Origin: Klebsormidium nitens
Taxonomy: Eukaryota; Plantae; Klebsormidiophyceae
Direction: 5' to 3'
Length of the DNA stretch: 64,000 nucleotides
Assembly: GCA_000708835.1 (NCBI GenBank)
Contig: DF236979.1
Location: 186,001-250,000 of the forward strand
The notes below the pieces were generated by a model. That model was not told where the DNA came from and did not search any database. It saw only the letters and a list, made by a program, of their open reading frames with translations. The first letter of the stretch is position 1, and each line of letters begins with the position of its first letter. This document shows, piece by piece, positions 47,317 to 60,132 of the stretch. Both the position numbers and the translations under genes were made by a program.

Positions 47317-50300
47317 ATGCACCAGTCCTTGGAGGCTTCTCCCACCAACATGAGTATTCGGGAGAGTGACAACACACGGTGGATTGAACAGGGTGCTGAG
47401 GACAGCAAGTGGGAAGAGGTGAAGCAGAGGAGGCGGCCAGGGAGAGCCACAGAGCCTTGGCAAGCTGTGAACACCACAAGTTACCTTGGGGATATTCACA
47501 ATCTGTGGCTAGGGGAGAACAAGGAGACAAGTTTCAGGCCCTGGAGGGATCCACGTAATACTTCAGCCCTTGTTTGCTTTTCCGTCTGGCCTCCTTCAGC
47601 TGTTGATTCACCGCATTGATCAGTTGCATGCAAGATTCACTATTTGCGCAGGGGCATAATTATGATCTGCTTTTGAAGTGGAGGTGATGAATGAGCAGTA
47701 CTATCTTGTAACTCCCAGAAACCTCCGGTGACATATCGCGTTGGCATTTCAGTCTGGTGGCATTGAGCTTCTTTTATGCTTCGGGCTATATCTAGATTGC
47801 CTCCCACAAAGGGTGTTGTCAGGCTCGGATTCGGCTCAGATCAGGGTCGGAATTCGCGGAGCATCCTTGAAATGTTTCAATCTGCTTGTATTCAGGGAGG
47901 GCAGTCTGGCCGGAGGATCTGCAGACTCTTCAGAAGCTGCTAGTGCATAGGCGAAGGCAGGCCTTTAGGGAGTGCATCAGGAAGCAGTTTCAAGACCCGT
48001 TGCCTCCCGCTGGAGTCCCCAACAACTGGCAAGCTTTGGTCGCAAACGCAGCCTCAGAGAGATGCGGGAGAGAAGGGGGCGACGGACTGGCCTACTTGGA
48101 TCAGAATGTAGTCACAGAGGGAGCAGTGGCTGGTTTGGAAGCTGCTGAGAAAGATGGTTCCAGTGTGACGGTTGTCTGCCCTAACCAGGAAGCAGATGAG
48201 CCAGAAGCTAGTGCAGCCTCCTGTAGTGCGGAGCTGGTGCCAGGGAGAGCCGCAGGATCAGAGCACGATGTCAGCAGCGCTGATGTGAGCGGGAGCGCTG
48301 ATGCGAGCGTCCTGTATGGCAAGTACATCCCGCAGGCAGCGGCCACAGAGCCTTATCTGCTGCCCGAGGTGTGTCCCTCGCTGCCGCTGCAAATGGCACT
48401 GGGGAACAGGGTTGTAACCATTGTGACCACAGCCGCATTGCCGTGGTTTACCGGGACCGCCATCAACCCCCTGCTGCGAGCAGCGTACCTGGCGCTGAAT
48501 CACAGGGTGCTGGTCACTTTGATGGTGAGTGTCAAATGAGCACTCTTACAGGGCTTCAAATATGAAGATCATCCGTTTTTTAGGGGGGCAATCCGTGCTT
48601 GCTGTTTTGCAGTTACGAGTGAAGCATGCACTTTTTGAAGGCGTTATTTTGCAGGAAACGAAGAGTCTACAGGGAAAGATTGCGCGCCTGCGGTTTTGCT
48701 TCTGGAATTAAATCGCTTTCAGTTTGGCCCTTTGGAAGAGCCATATTGGGGTGCCCCATTTGGTTACAGGAGGGGGATTCAGCAATGCAGACATCTTATT
48801 TGCCACAGTGCCGTCAACAATATCCTTGATTAGACACCGAAGCTTGCTTGCTTGAAATTTTGCAAGCAGACATGGGGCAGGGCCCTTGCGGTGTGGGGCC
48901 TCTGAGGATGGATATATGGCAGTATCTGATTAGTAGCCTTCTTACAGACCCTTCACAGAATGCTTAGACTGATTGCACTTCACAGTTCGGGGCCATCTTA
49001 TGTGCTAGGGCTCATCTTCTTTTCTAAAAAGCATGGCCTGCAGAGAGGTTCTTGTGTACCCTCTGGTAAATCCGAAGGTTTGTGAGAGTCTGGAATTGAT
49101 CTGTAGGAAGACACTATGGCCCTGCCCATACAGGTGCCGTGGCTGGAGGTGGAGGACCAGAAGCAGGTGTACCCCAAAGGAGTGGTTTTTACACAGAGGC
49201 AGGAGCAAGAGGAGCATATGCGCAAATGGCTCTGGGACCGCGTCAAGCTGCCTGTAAGCACTTGCTGACTCGGTGACCTTCTAAACGGGCATGCAGAATC
49301 CAGGCTGTTAGGTAGTTATGTCTGCACATGCCAAGGAGCAATTCCTTTCGAGTTTTTGGGGCCAACTGCATGCACAAAAGGCACTTCCATATTTCATTGC
49401 TAGTGGGGATGAGTGGTTGTTGAGGCATGCCACTCAGGCCCCTGGCCTTTGCACTCTTTGGAGCTTTAGTCTAGACATTTACTGACTGAAGAGCACCGCT
49501 TGTTTCAGCATCAGGTGTGACTTTTAACTTGTAAGGTCGGGGCTTTTGACGCATTGTTGATCTGTCATGTAACAAGGAAATAAAGGGGATTTTATTGAAT
49601 AGGGTCTGGATTCTTCATCAACTGCCCCATTCCTACTTATTTCAGATTTTTTTTCTTATCTGGTTTACTGTTGAAAGGAGGCGTTGAATACACCCTTAAG
49701 AAAAACAAGGACCTTTATCTTCTGAGATGCATGCAAAGGGACTGTTGATATAGAACTGGTGTGCAGTCCGACGGCAAGGTTAAAGATTGTGACTGCAAAA
49801 TAGGATTTATAATTCTTTCATCTCTTGGGATTTCTACTTACTGGCAGACACTTCAGATAATAGACAATACTTCCAAGAAAAGCAAGAGAAAACATTCAAG
49901 AGAGGTACAGGAACAGAAGTGTGGGGCCAGAAGAGAAAAGGACAAAAGGACGGCAACTGGAAAAGGAACCTTCCCTTGAGCATTTCCTGAACATTCTCAA
50001 ACATTCTTCCCTCACTCCAGGTCCACTTCCGCATCGCCTTCTACCCCGCCGTCTTCGACCTGCTCAAGTTCGGCATCTTCCCCACCCAAAAGATCGACGT
50101 CACTGAGCTCATCCCCCTACGCGAGCGTGATGTCGTCATTCTAGAAGAACCCGAGCACCTCAGCTGGTTCAACTACCAGGGGAAATGGCGCTCCAAGTTC
50201 CGCTTGAGCATTGGGGTGGGGCACACAAACTACATGGACTATTTGCGGCGCCAGGCGGGGGAGGCGTTCCCGCCGTTGATCCCGCTGATGTGGACGTTGA

Positions 50301-53300
50301 ACGTGCTGCTGGTGCGGGCAAACTGTCACAAGGTCATCCGGCTGTCTCGAGGAGTTCAGGTAAGTCACAAGCGATGAGACGTTTTGAAGTGTCTAGACTT
50401 TCTCTAAGCCTGAACCCTTTTCTTATTCCTTTCTCTTTGTAATTCGTTCTCTTTGTAACTCTGCGAGAAAGTCTATTCTCAGAGAAAGACAGCCCTGGTT
50501 GCTGGAAGGAATGTGGGCGGAGTGAGTGTGCTTGAAAAGTTGGGGTGGTGTGCAGTTGGAGGCTTGTTGCTGCACTGTTATCCATCAACGTCATTTACTG
50601 CTGATCATCAAAGAGGGCGTATTTAGACGCATCTGAATGACATGTCACAGGGCGACTGCTCAACAGGTCCCTCTGCTCTGAAGTCGCCGGAAGGCACATG
50701 TCTCGGTTTGTGTCTCTTAGCGAGAAAAACTGTGAAGCGGTGACCGATGTTGACGTTCACATCCGATCCGGTGACATGCCTAGTTTAAGCGTGCCCAAAA
50801 ACCTGTTACCAAGTTTCGTTGATGGTCTGCATTTGTCTTGTATCCACGTCGAAAAAATGTTTTCGTCCCCTGCAGTGGTTTTTCGACTCCGTGGTCTGCA
50901 ACGTGCACGGCGTCAGCCCCAACTTCTTAGACATCGGCGATCGCGTGCGCGAGCGTGCGCTTTCTCTCCTGGAGGACGGGTTCAGCAGCGAGGATGAGGT
51001 CAGCAGTGCGCGAATCCAGCCGCAGGCGGTGGAGGGATCCCTCTCGATCGCGCCGGAGGAACGTGCACAAGAGGGAAGGCAGCATGAAAGGTCCGAGGGG
51101 AATAACTTGCGGGAGCGGCGTGGGGTTATATGGAGCAAGGGGAATGAGCTACAATTGAACGGCAGGCCGGCGGTCGAACTGGTGAAGGATGTCAGCTTGT
51201 CGAGGTGGTTGAACTCTTCGGCTGAGAGTAGAGAGGAGCAATTTGACGAGGTAGCGGAGGCGGGTAAGAGTGGACAAGATTTGCAGTTGACACCAAGCGG
51301 CAAAAGTGAGGCGGAGCGGACGCCAACGTCGGTTCTGCATGGCCGAGTGTTTGAGGAGCGGGGAAGGAGGGGGGAAGTGGGGACTGCCAGTCCGAGCATC
51401 AGCGGTCGATCAGCGGGAGTTCCAGTGTCGGGAGAGCGACGGAGCAGGTCGCAGTTCTCCGGGGGCTGCTACTTTATTGGGCGAGCGATTTGGGGAAAGG
51501 GCTACCACGAGTTGTGTCAGCTTCTCAAGAAACAGAAAGAGGAGCTTGAGCTTCGTGCAGGAGAGTCAGAAGCGGGGTTTTCGGCGACCAAGGAAGGGGG
51601 ACAGGGCGCTTTCAGGTCGCCGAAACACAAGGTGGTGCAGCTAGAAGACTTGGACGGTCAGGCACTGCGCCCCGGGGGGGAGAAAGTCGACCCTGAGGGG
51701 GGGGCGGTTCCGCTGGTGCAGGAACGGGGGGGCGGCAGCACGTTCCGCCTCCTGAACCTGTGCATGCGAAGCAAGTTTCTGTGGCACCTGCAGACGATGT
51801 GGCTGAGGCGTCGGTACGGTGATCGTCTGAAATGGTTGGAACACGGGCGGCGCGCATTTTGCGCGGTGCAGGGCGGGGGCGAGAGGGCCCAGCCAGGGAA
51901 CCCCCCTGAAAGGGGGATGGGCCAGCGGGCCCCCCTGGAACGGGTGCATTCGGAGACTGGGGAGGTGAACAGCATAGTGGGATTGGACCGAGCGCCATGT
52001 GGGGGGGGCTGTGAACGATCAGAAGAAGCAAGGGGGGAAGCATCTGAGGAGGAGACTGGCGGCCCGTGTGGCGGGAAGAGTTTTGCAAATGGGGGTGTGT
52101 CTGAGAGAGGCGCTGCAGGGGGGGGTTTGGCAGACTTGGTGCACGTTGACTGCTATGGGACGGGGCCGCATGAGGGGGAGATTGAGGCGTTTGCGAAGGA
52201 GCACGCGCTTCCGCTGACGTTTCACGGGAGGATCGACCACAAGGAGCTCGTTCAGTACAAGGTAAGGGAAACGCGTGTCTCTGTTTTCTGTGGGTAGAGC
52301 AGGTTCAAATACTGTGTTACATGGCCTATCGTCTTGATGATGGGCCACAACGCTTACACGGAACGCCATAATTCCTGCTCCTGGGTTACATCTTCCTCCG
52401 AGCGATTGGTGGCTGCCTTGATTAGAGGTGCCTTTTGTGTTGCGCTTTGTCCGAGCTTGCAAAAAGACCCGCAGCTTCTCGTTCTGCTCATACTGTCGCC
52501 TTGGGAGCTTGCAGACCCGTGCTTCAATCTTCCAGGTTGTTGTTCTTAGAAACGGTAGAAGATCACCGTGTTCCATAGTCGTTGCTCACGTACTGAAGCG
52601 ACCTCTCGTTGTAGCAGCTCCCATGAGGGTGCAGAGCTTTTTCCACATCCCAAAAGCTAGTATACAGTATACAGATTTACTTGAACGCTGCTATCAGTGA
52701 CGTGGTGTAGCTCGCATTAGGGGGCGGAGCTTTCTTGGCTTCCCGAAAGCTAAGTATACAAGTTGACACCTCCAGGTATACGTCAACCCTGCCATCAGTG
52801 ACGTGGTGTGCACGGCGACCGCGGAGGCGCTGGCGATGGGCAAGTTTGCTGTGATTGCGGATCACAAGTCGAACGAGTTCTTCAAAGATAACTTCTCGGG
52901 CAACTGCATCACCTTCCCCTCGGACGACCCCGGTAAGGACTCCAACCAAAGCGCACGGATTATTGTCTGAATTCCTCTCAAATGACCGGACATTTCAAAG
53001 ATTTGATTTTGCACTGTTTACGCTGGTTAACCCTATCAGCAACGCACTCGCCTATAAATGAAACTTTCTGCTGCTGGCGCTTGTTTTTATTTCCGAACAC
53101 TATGTGCTCATCTGCGCTGGTGTCCGACTTTCGAGCAGTGGCTGGATTAACCGTCTTCGAAGTGTTACCATTACAATGAAGAGTCTGACATGCTCGTTGT
53201 ATGTCTCCACAGACGAGTTCCTGCGCTGCCTCCACTTCGCGCTGGCGCACGAGCCCGCACCGCTGACGGCAGAGCAGAGAAGGCTTCTGACTTGGGAAGC

Positions 53301-53337
53301 AGCGACCGAGCGTTTCATGCAAGCGGCTGGGTTGTAG
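47317..53337 (+). CDS. DGD: Digalactosyldiacylglycerol synthase-like GT4 glycosyltransferase with large insertions; exons 47317-47554 (tentative), 47896-48524, 49134-49253, 50021-50359, 50876-52261, 52776-52932, 53213-53337
   Basis: Motifs [88 protein letters not shown] and [10 protein letters not shown]. The 5' end is uncertain. Confidence 0.85.
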
Positions 53338-53614
53338 GCAGTCGAGTCCACAGGTGATTCAAAGTTACGGGTGGGTAAAAGGGCAAAGGTATATTCTTTG
53401 GTATGTATCAAGGGGCGGTGGTATAGCTGCATCAAAATGCCATTGTAGAAAGGTTTTATGGCCCTTTTCGTTATGATCAAGCCGCGCTGAGCAGAATCCT
53501 GTACAGATTCACGAAGATACATAGGTCGAACTTACGAATGTACTTGGTACCGGAGAAACCACAGTAGGTACGTTATAAAGGCATTCAATAATAACAAGCT
53601 CGCACATGGTTTAA

Positions 53615-54335
53615 GGTGGTAAGACGGTATTCTACAGTGGGAGCGCATTCAAAACCCTAAAACTTGATGTACACATCATGGATTCACATTCCGTTTTTTC
53701 GAGGTGGTTAGTGCTATTGAGAAGCATGTTTGGAAGCCCCTCGAACCATGATACAACATGCCAAAGCAGAACGAAGCACATGAGAAGTTGGCAAAATGTG
53801 CAAAACCCCCTCGGCAAACATTTTCGTAGGAATAAATCTGAAAGATAGAATCCGTCCGAAAGGGACGAAATGTTCATGGGGGCAAGCTGGGATGTCAAAA
53901 TCAATTTTTGTAGCCCATTCCTCCAGAGGGTGTACCAAATACCACCATGCTTTTCCAGAAAACCCTGAAAACTGCGCAAAACTGTTGTTTTCCGGAAAAG
54001 CATGGTGGTATTTGGTACACCCTCTGGAGGAATGGGCTACAAAAATTGTTTTTGACATCCCAGCTTGCCCCCATGAACATTTCGTCCCTTTCGGACGGAT
54101 TCTATCTCTCAGATTTATTCCTACGAAAATGTTTGCCGAGGGGGTTCTGCACATTTTGCCAACTTCTCATGTGCTTCGTTCTGCTTTGGCATGTTGTATC
54201 ATGGTTCGAGGGGCTTTCAAACATGCTACTCAATAGCACTAACCACCTCGAAAAAACGGAATGTGAATCCATGATGTGTACATCAAGTTTTAGGGTTTTG
54301 AATGTACTCCCACTTTAGAATACCGTCTTACCACC
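53615..54335. mobile_element. Foldback (near-palindromic) non-autonomous DNA transposon, 721 bp, flanked by TTAA
   Basis: Two inverted arms of about 345 bp with few mismatches around a short central spacer near 53960-53990. Ends are GGTGGTAAGACGGTATTCT...AGAATACCGTCTTACCACC. TTAA at 53611-53614 and 54336-54339. Confidence 0.88.
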
Positions 54336-55099
54336 TTAAGATTCGTTTTGATCTGCATTGACCCTCTGCATGGCCGGCTGGGTGCGAAATCTGCATGCCA
54401 TTTTGTATCGATCAGAAAAAGCTCAAACTGATGATTCTCGAAGGAAGTGTATCATGCATTGCGTCATGTTCGCACATATGGCTAAGGGCCGGCTGTAGTG
54501 ACTACTTTCAAGTCGTGACAACAACCAGAGTGCATGAGTAGATCATGTACCAACACATATGCATACGCGCGAAAGTACAGTAACATGTGAAAACAAATAC
54601 TACACGGACAGTTGGATCAAGTTCCAAATTATACGACATTTATTGAAACACGACATATGGCCCGACGTTGCTGGTGCTGCCATGGGCGGGTCAATTTGTG
54701 CTGCCAATGGTCAATATTTTGAGCACAAAACGCAATGACCGCTGTTACTGGCACTAACCTCTACAAAAATCGCATCAAAATCAGCAATGACATCCATCAC
54801 TCCTTCAATGCGCCGCATAGAATCGATGTCCGAATCTGGATAAGGGCTGCATGGAGCACTCTTATGATGTGCAATTGCACCATATCCGCTTTGCGCACAA
54901 TTGACATACCACAAAACCCTTAAAATGTTTTCAAAAGTATCTTATACCGAGCAGTAAGCCCACCTATGACTCTCCAATTTCCTCAGTGCAAGTCCTGAGC
55001 CATGACTCTTCTGAAAATTGCTTCACGAACCTGACCTTTCAATACTGACTGCCCCTGCAGCATTATTTAGAATCTCAATTACCCTTAGCTACAGCACTC

Positions 55100-58000
55100 C
55101 TAAGACGTTGCGCCCCACAGACTGCTCTCCTTGAGCGACTTCTCATTGATGCCGATGAGTGACTCGAAGAAGCCCATGAACGCAAAGGCGGCCAGCGGAG
55201 ACAGGTCCAAGTTTCCGACGACTGGGATGATGGACTTGAAGCTGTACGGCAAGAGGGCAAATGGATCAGCAGAGCTGAGAGCAACAAAGCAGTTGTGTCT
55301 ATCGGGCAGAGAAAAATGACGCCTAGACTTGTTGGTCGCTGTGAAGCATGCTCGATTGTCACGTTTGGGGTAGGCTATCACGAAGTGGGAATAGGCTATG
55401 GCGAAGGGAGTAGCAAGCAAGCGCCTATGGTTGCCCATTGCCCTTCTCTCATTTTCAGTTTCATGAATGGCTCGTTGGCATCACCGAAGGAGATGGAAGC
55501 TTTTTTATTGAGCGCCAAATTCTCAAGCAAAAGGGAGAGCAAAAAAGAAAAAAAGGGGCAAGAGTGAAACGAAGAACGCCGATCTCATCTTTGAAAAATA
55601 CCGCTTTCGAAATATGTGTTGACTCTCAAATCGTGGTCGGGGAGCTTAGAGACACACTACCCTTTCCGGCAAAAACTTCTGCAAGGGGATCAGTAGTAGA
55701 GACGGACAGCTACCAACAGCAGGGTACCAACGGCAGACGGCAAGAGATGGTGTCCACTCGTAAGGAATCTTTCTTTACACAACTCCTCCAATCAATCCCT
55801 TGAAGCCTCACTACTCTGAAGATTTATCTAGCAGATCTGTAGGAAAGGCGCAAGAAAACATCCGTTGGACTTGGTTTCGGACTGTAGCTCAGACACCCGG
55901 ACGACAAGCCATTGTCAAGTTTTTTTCCCAGTAGGGTCCACCAACTTGCTCCGTATTAGGGTTATCCCTCTAAATTTCCCAGTCTTCCAAAAGCGCCAAC
56001 GAACCGTGAATAAACTGGTGTTCTCTCAAGTTGCGCGCTTGTCGACCAATCCGGTCTGCAGTTATCCCTATGTTACAAACCATGCCGAATTCGATATCAT
56101 GCGCGCTCGGAAGCTTTTCCGTGGTTTCGGACAGGTTGAAAGGAAACCGCTCCGCCCAGTCAACCACGGTTACGCTCAGAATTGCTGAATGCTAAGAGAA
56201 AGAAGTCAGAAGCCTTTGTGAAGCTCACAGATTGAGGTAAGGGTCCGTCAGTTCCCGGGACGCCTTGAGCGGGTGCTTGTCCCAGGGCAGGTTAGGGAAC
56301 CAGGTTAGCACGATCCGGAGGAGAAGCAGCCCACGGAAGATGAAGAGCACCTGCGGTTAAGAGATAACCCTGGTCTGTTTCTTGGTTGAAGAAGCCATAA
56401 AAACACGGAGCATGGCAAGATTCTTGGAGCGAATGGAGTTGAAAAGCAACTTGACCGCAAAGGTGGGAGGATTTGTCACTGAATCTCGGGGCTAGATTTG
56501 AGGGCATGCTTCAGAAGCTCCGGAGGCAGGCAGGTGAGTATCTTCGACAAAAGCAGCGCCCATTGTATAACATTCATTTCCTAAAGGACAAAAGACTAAC
56601 ACTGAGGACCATGTCTTTGTTAGGCTGGATTATGACCGGACCCTGAATACCCGAAAAGGATTAACCAGACAAGCCTAGCAGTGCTCGGAAAAGTGACAGC
56701 CTATCTCTTCGCTCATGCAAAAATTGAACTCTATGCCTTGATACAATGAGAAACAGACTGCTTTCAAAACCGAGATAAGCAGCTGACACGTGATCAAGCA
56801 TCCGCTCATGGCAGGAACCCAAAGCTGATGGCGTCTCTTGCAGCAGTGGATTCAAAGAAACTCCTAACATTCCAACACGGCACAGCATTGAAAGTGAAAA
56901 AGAGAACTTCATAGCAGCAGACCGGGCTGAAATCGTGAAAGCTGACAAGAGGCGAAGTTTTTGGCTATGAGTTATCCAATGAGCCTCCTGATTGATTATT
57001 ACGTCCAGGGGGGAAAAAGAGGGTCGGTGCTTTCAACTACGGTCCATCAAGTCATTGTTCACTTGCTGACAAAGAATCGGGGCAGCTATCCTCACAAGCG
57101 GGGGTCAATGTGACGCTCACAGAAAGAAAAGACTGACGTGTTCATTTGAGCAGCATAGATTCCTTCGGAAGCTGGTGCTTCAAACAGAAGTCCCCGCAGA
57201 GCGCAACTCAGGAGTTCCTGTAAAAAGTCAAGCACTCCAACAGTGCATCACAATAGAACAAATAGAGGACCAATTGGGGCCACAACCTATTTGCCACTTT
57301 ATTACCCGCCACACTTCAAGCTGCAACAAGCGCGATGAACAAGTCTATCACGAGGACTTTGTCGGAATTACCAATGATATGAAACATAGGTAAACCGCAC
57401 GACTAACCTGCTCAGCATACACGAGACTGCAGGAAACTGCGTGTAGATCGCTCCCAGCCAAAAAAAAGAACTCCGTATGCACTCTGTTATTGTCCCTTTG
57501 AAAAGAATGCGAAAGTTTCTGGCGGAACCTCTAGTGTTTCAGCTACTTGATAACCCTTGTCATCAATGAGCTGCAGACACCTCCGCTAGACCAAAAAGAA
57601 GAACGTTCTGGTGCCTTTCTACTCGTTAGGCAAGCTAAAAAAGAAACAATCGCTTGGGTAAGACTGGCTATATCCCATGTCAATTGCTTCAGGACTGCAG
57701 TCACAAGCTCTGTGCCAACCATGCATACACACGAGGCCAAAGTCCGCAGCATTACCTTTCTCGGAAAAGTACCGGGACACAGAGAAGCCATCTCATAACA
57801 ACAAGGTGGTGCGCAATGCTGTCAAATTAAGGAGCTGCGCACCTGTTCTACCTTAACTATCTAGGCTCGCATAGAAAAGCTCTGTTGATCTCTGGGGAAA
57901 CCACACAACACACCAGTCTTCTGGAAAGAAGACAAACAAACAGACGCGACACTCTAAATGTCACAAAGGACACAGCAGTTGACAATTCCATCAGAGAAAC

Positions 58001-58587
58001 GGGGCACGCACCTGCTTCACTGACACCAGGAGCGTCATGGCAAAGTACATGATACCCCGGGACGTCTGGTTCCTCTGGTACCTACCACCGGAAGCCGCAA
58101 GCGCCGACGGCACCCCCACGACACCGCTAAGCACAATTGGGAGAGCCGCGAACGCGAAAGCGACCGCCATCCTCTTGGCGGCCGCGCCATTCTCCCCCCA
58201 CCATTGCTGCTTCATTGTCTGTCCGAGCGCAACCGCAGCGCCCGCGACAGTCGCCGCCAGCTTTGAAAGTGGAGCAGAGGGTTCGACAACTGGCTCAGCT
58301 TCTATAGGGGTTTGCGATGAAGTTTCTGAAGCTTCCACAGACTCTGCGCGAACCCCAGCACTCCGATGTGACGCCAAAGGGAGCGTTTTCTGTGCGCGGC
58401 GCGCCTGTTCTACGTGAGCTGCGAATTGGGAAGAAGGAGTCCTGAAGGGGAGGCGAAGTGGTGTTGCTTTTCTGCAGGGGAAGACTGGTAAAGCGAGCGC
58501 CCTGCACGGGCGTGTCTGCGGAGCGATGTGCGTCGATGCTCCAAACACCGAGGCAGCCCCTCTCTGCGCAAGGACAGTGGATGCCAT
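55100..58587 (-). CDS. YLMG: YGGT/YLMG-family plastid membrane protein; exons 58587-58082, 57426-57408 (putative 19-nt microexon), 56350-56229, 55241-55100
   Basis: LLRIVLTWFPNLPWDKHPLKASRELTDPYLNLFKSIIPVVGNLDLSPLAAF matches the YGGT signature. Transit-peptide-like N terminus. Confidence 0.85.
55414..55933 (+). pseudogene. LAGLIDADG homing-endonuclease-like reading frame (degenerate or spliced), antisense within YGGT intron 3
   Basis: FQFHEWLVGITEGDGSFFI at about 55453-55509 fits the LAGLIDADG helix motif. Downstream segments loosely fit the domain. No clear ATG. Confidence 0.6.
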
Positions 58588-58873
58588 GGTGAACGGCAGA
58601 CGGAGCTCTCGCGAGGAGCTCTTGAGCGCACGTCTTTGGAAGCCCTGGTGCGCACCTCTTCCCTGCCACTTGTCGAAGATTCGAGATTGATTTTGCAGGT
58701 CTGTTCTCAGGCACCAGCGATGCAAAACGGACAAAACTTGTGAACTCCTTTCGATTTTTCGGACGGCGGACGCTTACTTTCCGCTGAATCGGAAGGTACC
58801 GCGTAGAAGGGATAAGCGTACAGTGTGTACCCCGTAAGGCACCTGGCCAGGCAACCGGGCACTCGCTGTGACA

Positions 58874-59018
58874 TTAGGGCTAAGTCACAACGTTAGTGAT
58901 GTTGTGTTAGGGTTACGCCACTCCCTCTGACAGTTTGTTAGGGTTACACCCCTTCCCTTCAGATCAGGGTTCCACTAACGGCTAAGCCATTGTTCTTAGG
59001 GTTTTGTTGTGTTTAGGG
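58874..59018 (+). promoter_or_regulatory. Cluster of telo-box-like TTAGGG motifs upstream of the YGGT gene
   Basis: TTAGGG at 58874, 58907, 58938, 58996 and 59013, plus TCAGGG at 58964, within 145 bp. Confidence 0.5.
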
Positions 59019-60132
59019 CTACCCGACTGTTGGGACAGAGGTACCACAGTCTGAAAGCCCCACCGTCCGGCGTCCGGAAAAACGAAAGGAGTTCACAAGT
59101 TTTGTACCTCTTGCACCAGCGATGGCAGGCCGACAGCCATTTTGCTAACTAGAAGAGAGCTTCCTTTATGGTGTTAACACCGGTAAGACTTATAAGGTCC
59201 GGTAATGGTGAAAGGGGCCGGGCCGCCCGCGAACGGAGGACAAGTGCGGCCGCGGTTTTTTTTTCTTTTTTTTGACACTCATATTCAAGCGCTATATCCT
59301 TTCACTCTTTCTGCTGCCGAAGCGTCATACTCTAGCGTCAGAATATAGATGCGGTGGTCCGCTCAGACGGCATGGCAGAAAGCTTAAACTTAAAGTTTAA
59401 AAGCTTTGCAAATTGCAGGCAGAATTGATGCATTTTGTCACCAGGCGCTTTCTCATGGCATGCACCGCCACAACCCATCTCAAGTGAAGCGCTTTCCAAG
59501 CGACAAAGTGGCTGACTGATTGATCTTCCAAGAAGGTGAGGGCCCGATTTTGCCCTCATTGACTTGCTTTTAGCAGGACTTCTTGGGCCCATCAGAACGA
59601 TTCGGATTCATACATCGTGGAACTTGTGATCAGGCACACATGGTGTGTGTATGGTGCTTCATACTACAGAACTTGAGTGAAGACGTTTCGACTGCCTTTC
59701 TCTGACCCCAAACAACGCTGAAGAGTTCCCAGCACTGTCCAATGGCAAGGTCCAGCTGTCTGGTTTTGAGCTGATCTCAATCAGTTCGGGTGATTGGATG
59801 TTTTCGTGACGCTTCGTCCAGGCTTAACAAACTCTCGGCTGCAGTGGTTGTAAGCAGCCATTTCTCCCAGTTCAATGCTGCTCTTGACAACTCATGGACT
59901 TGAATGAATGAACATTTCCATTCCATGATGTTCTGCCTATCTTCGTGCCGGCCTGATGTTTCTGGTGGCATTGATTGATTGTCAAAACTTACTGTTTTCT
60001 TACTGTTGGTACTGTCAACATGATCTACTTTGCTTTTATTCGCAGGCCCTCCAGCATTTGACCATCACAAATGCCAAGCTGGTCCTCACATTGATGTCCC
60101 AAGATGGTTTCGGTATCCACTGATCAATTAAC

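Noticed and set aside
53632-54318. Mirror-image ORFs of 123-146 aa on both strands
   Set aside because: They arise from the palindromic foldback element and show no recognisable protein motif.
56400-56540. Plus-strand donor GGCAG|GTGAGT suggesting continuation of the antisense LAGLIDADG gene
   Set aside because: No open frame or second LAGLIDADG motif links it to 55459-55933.
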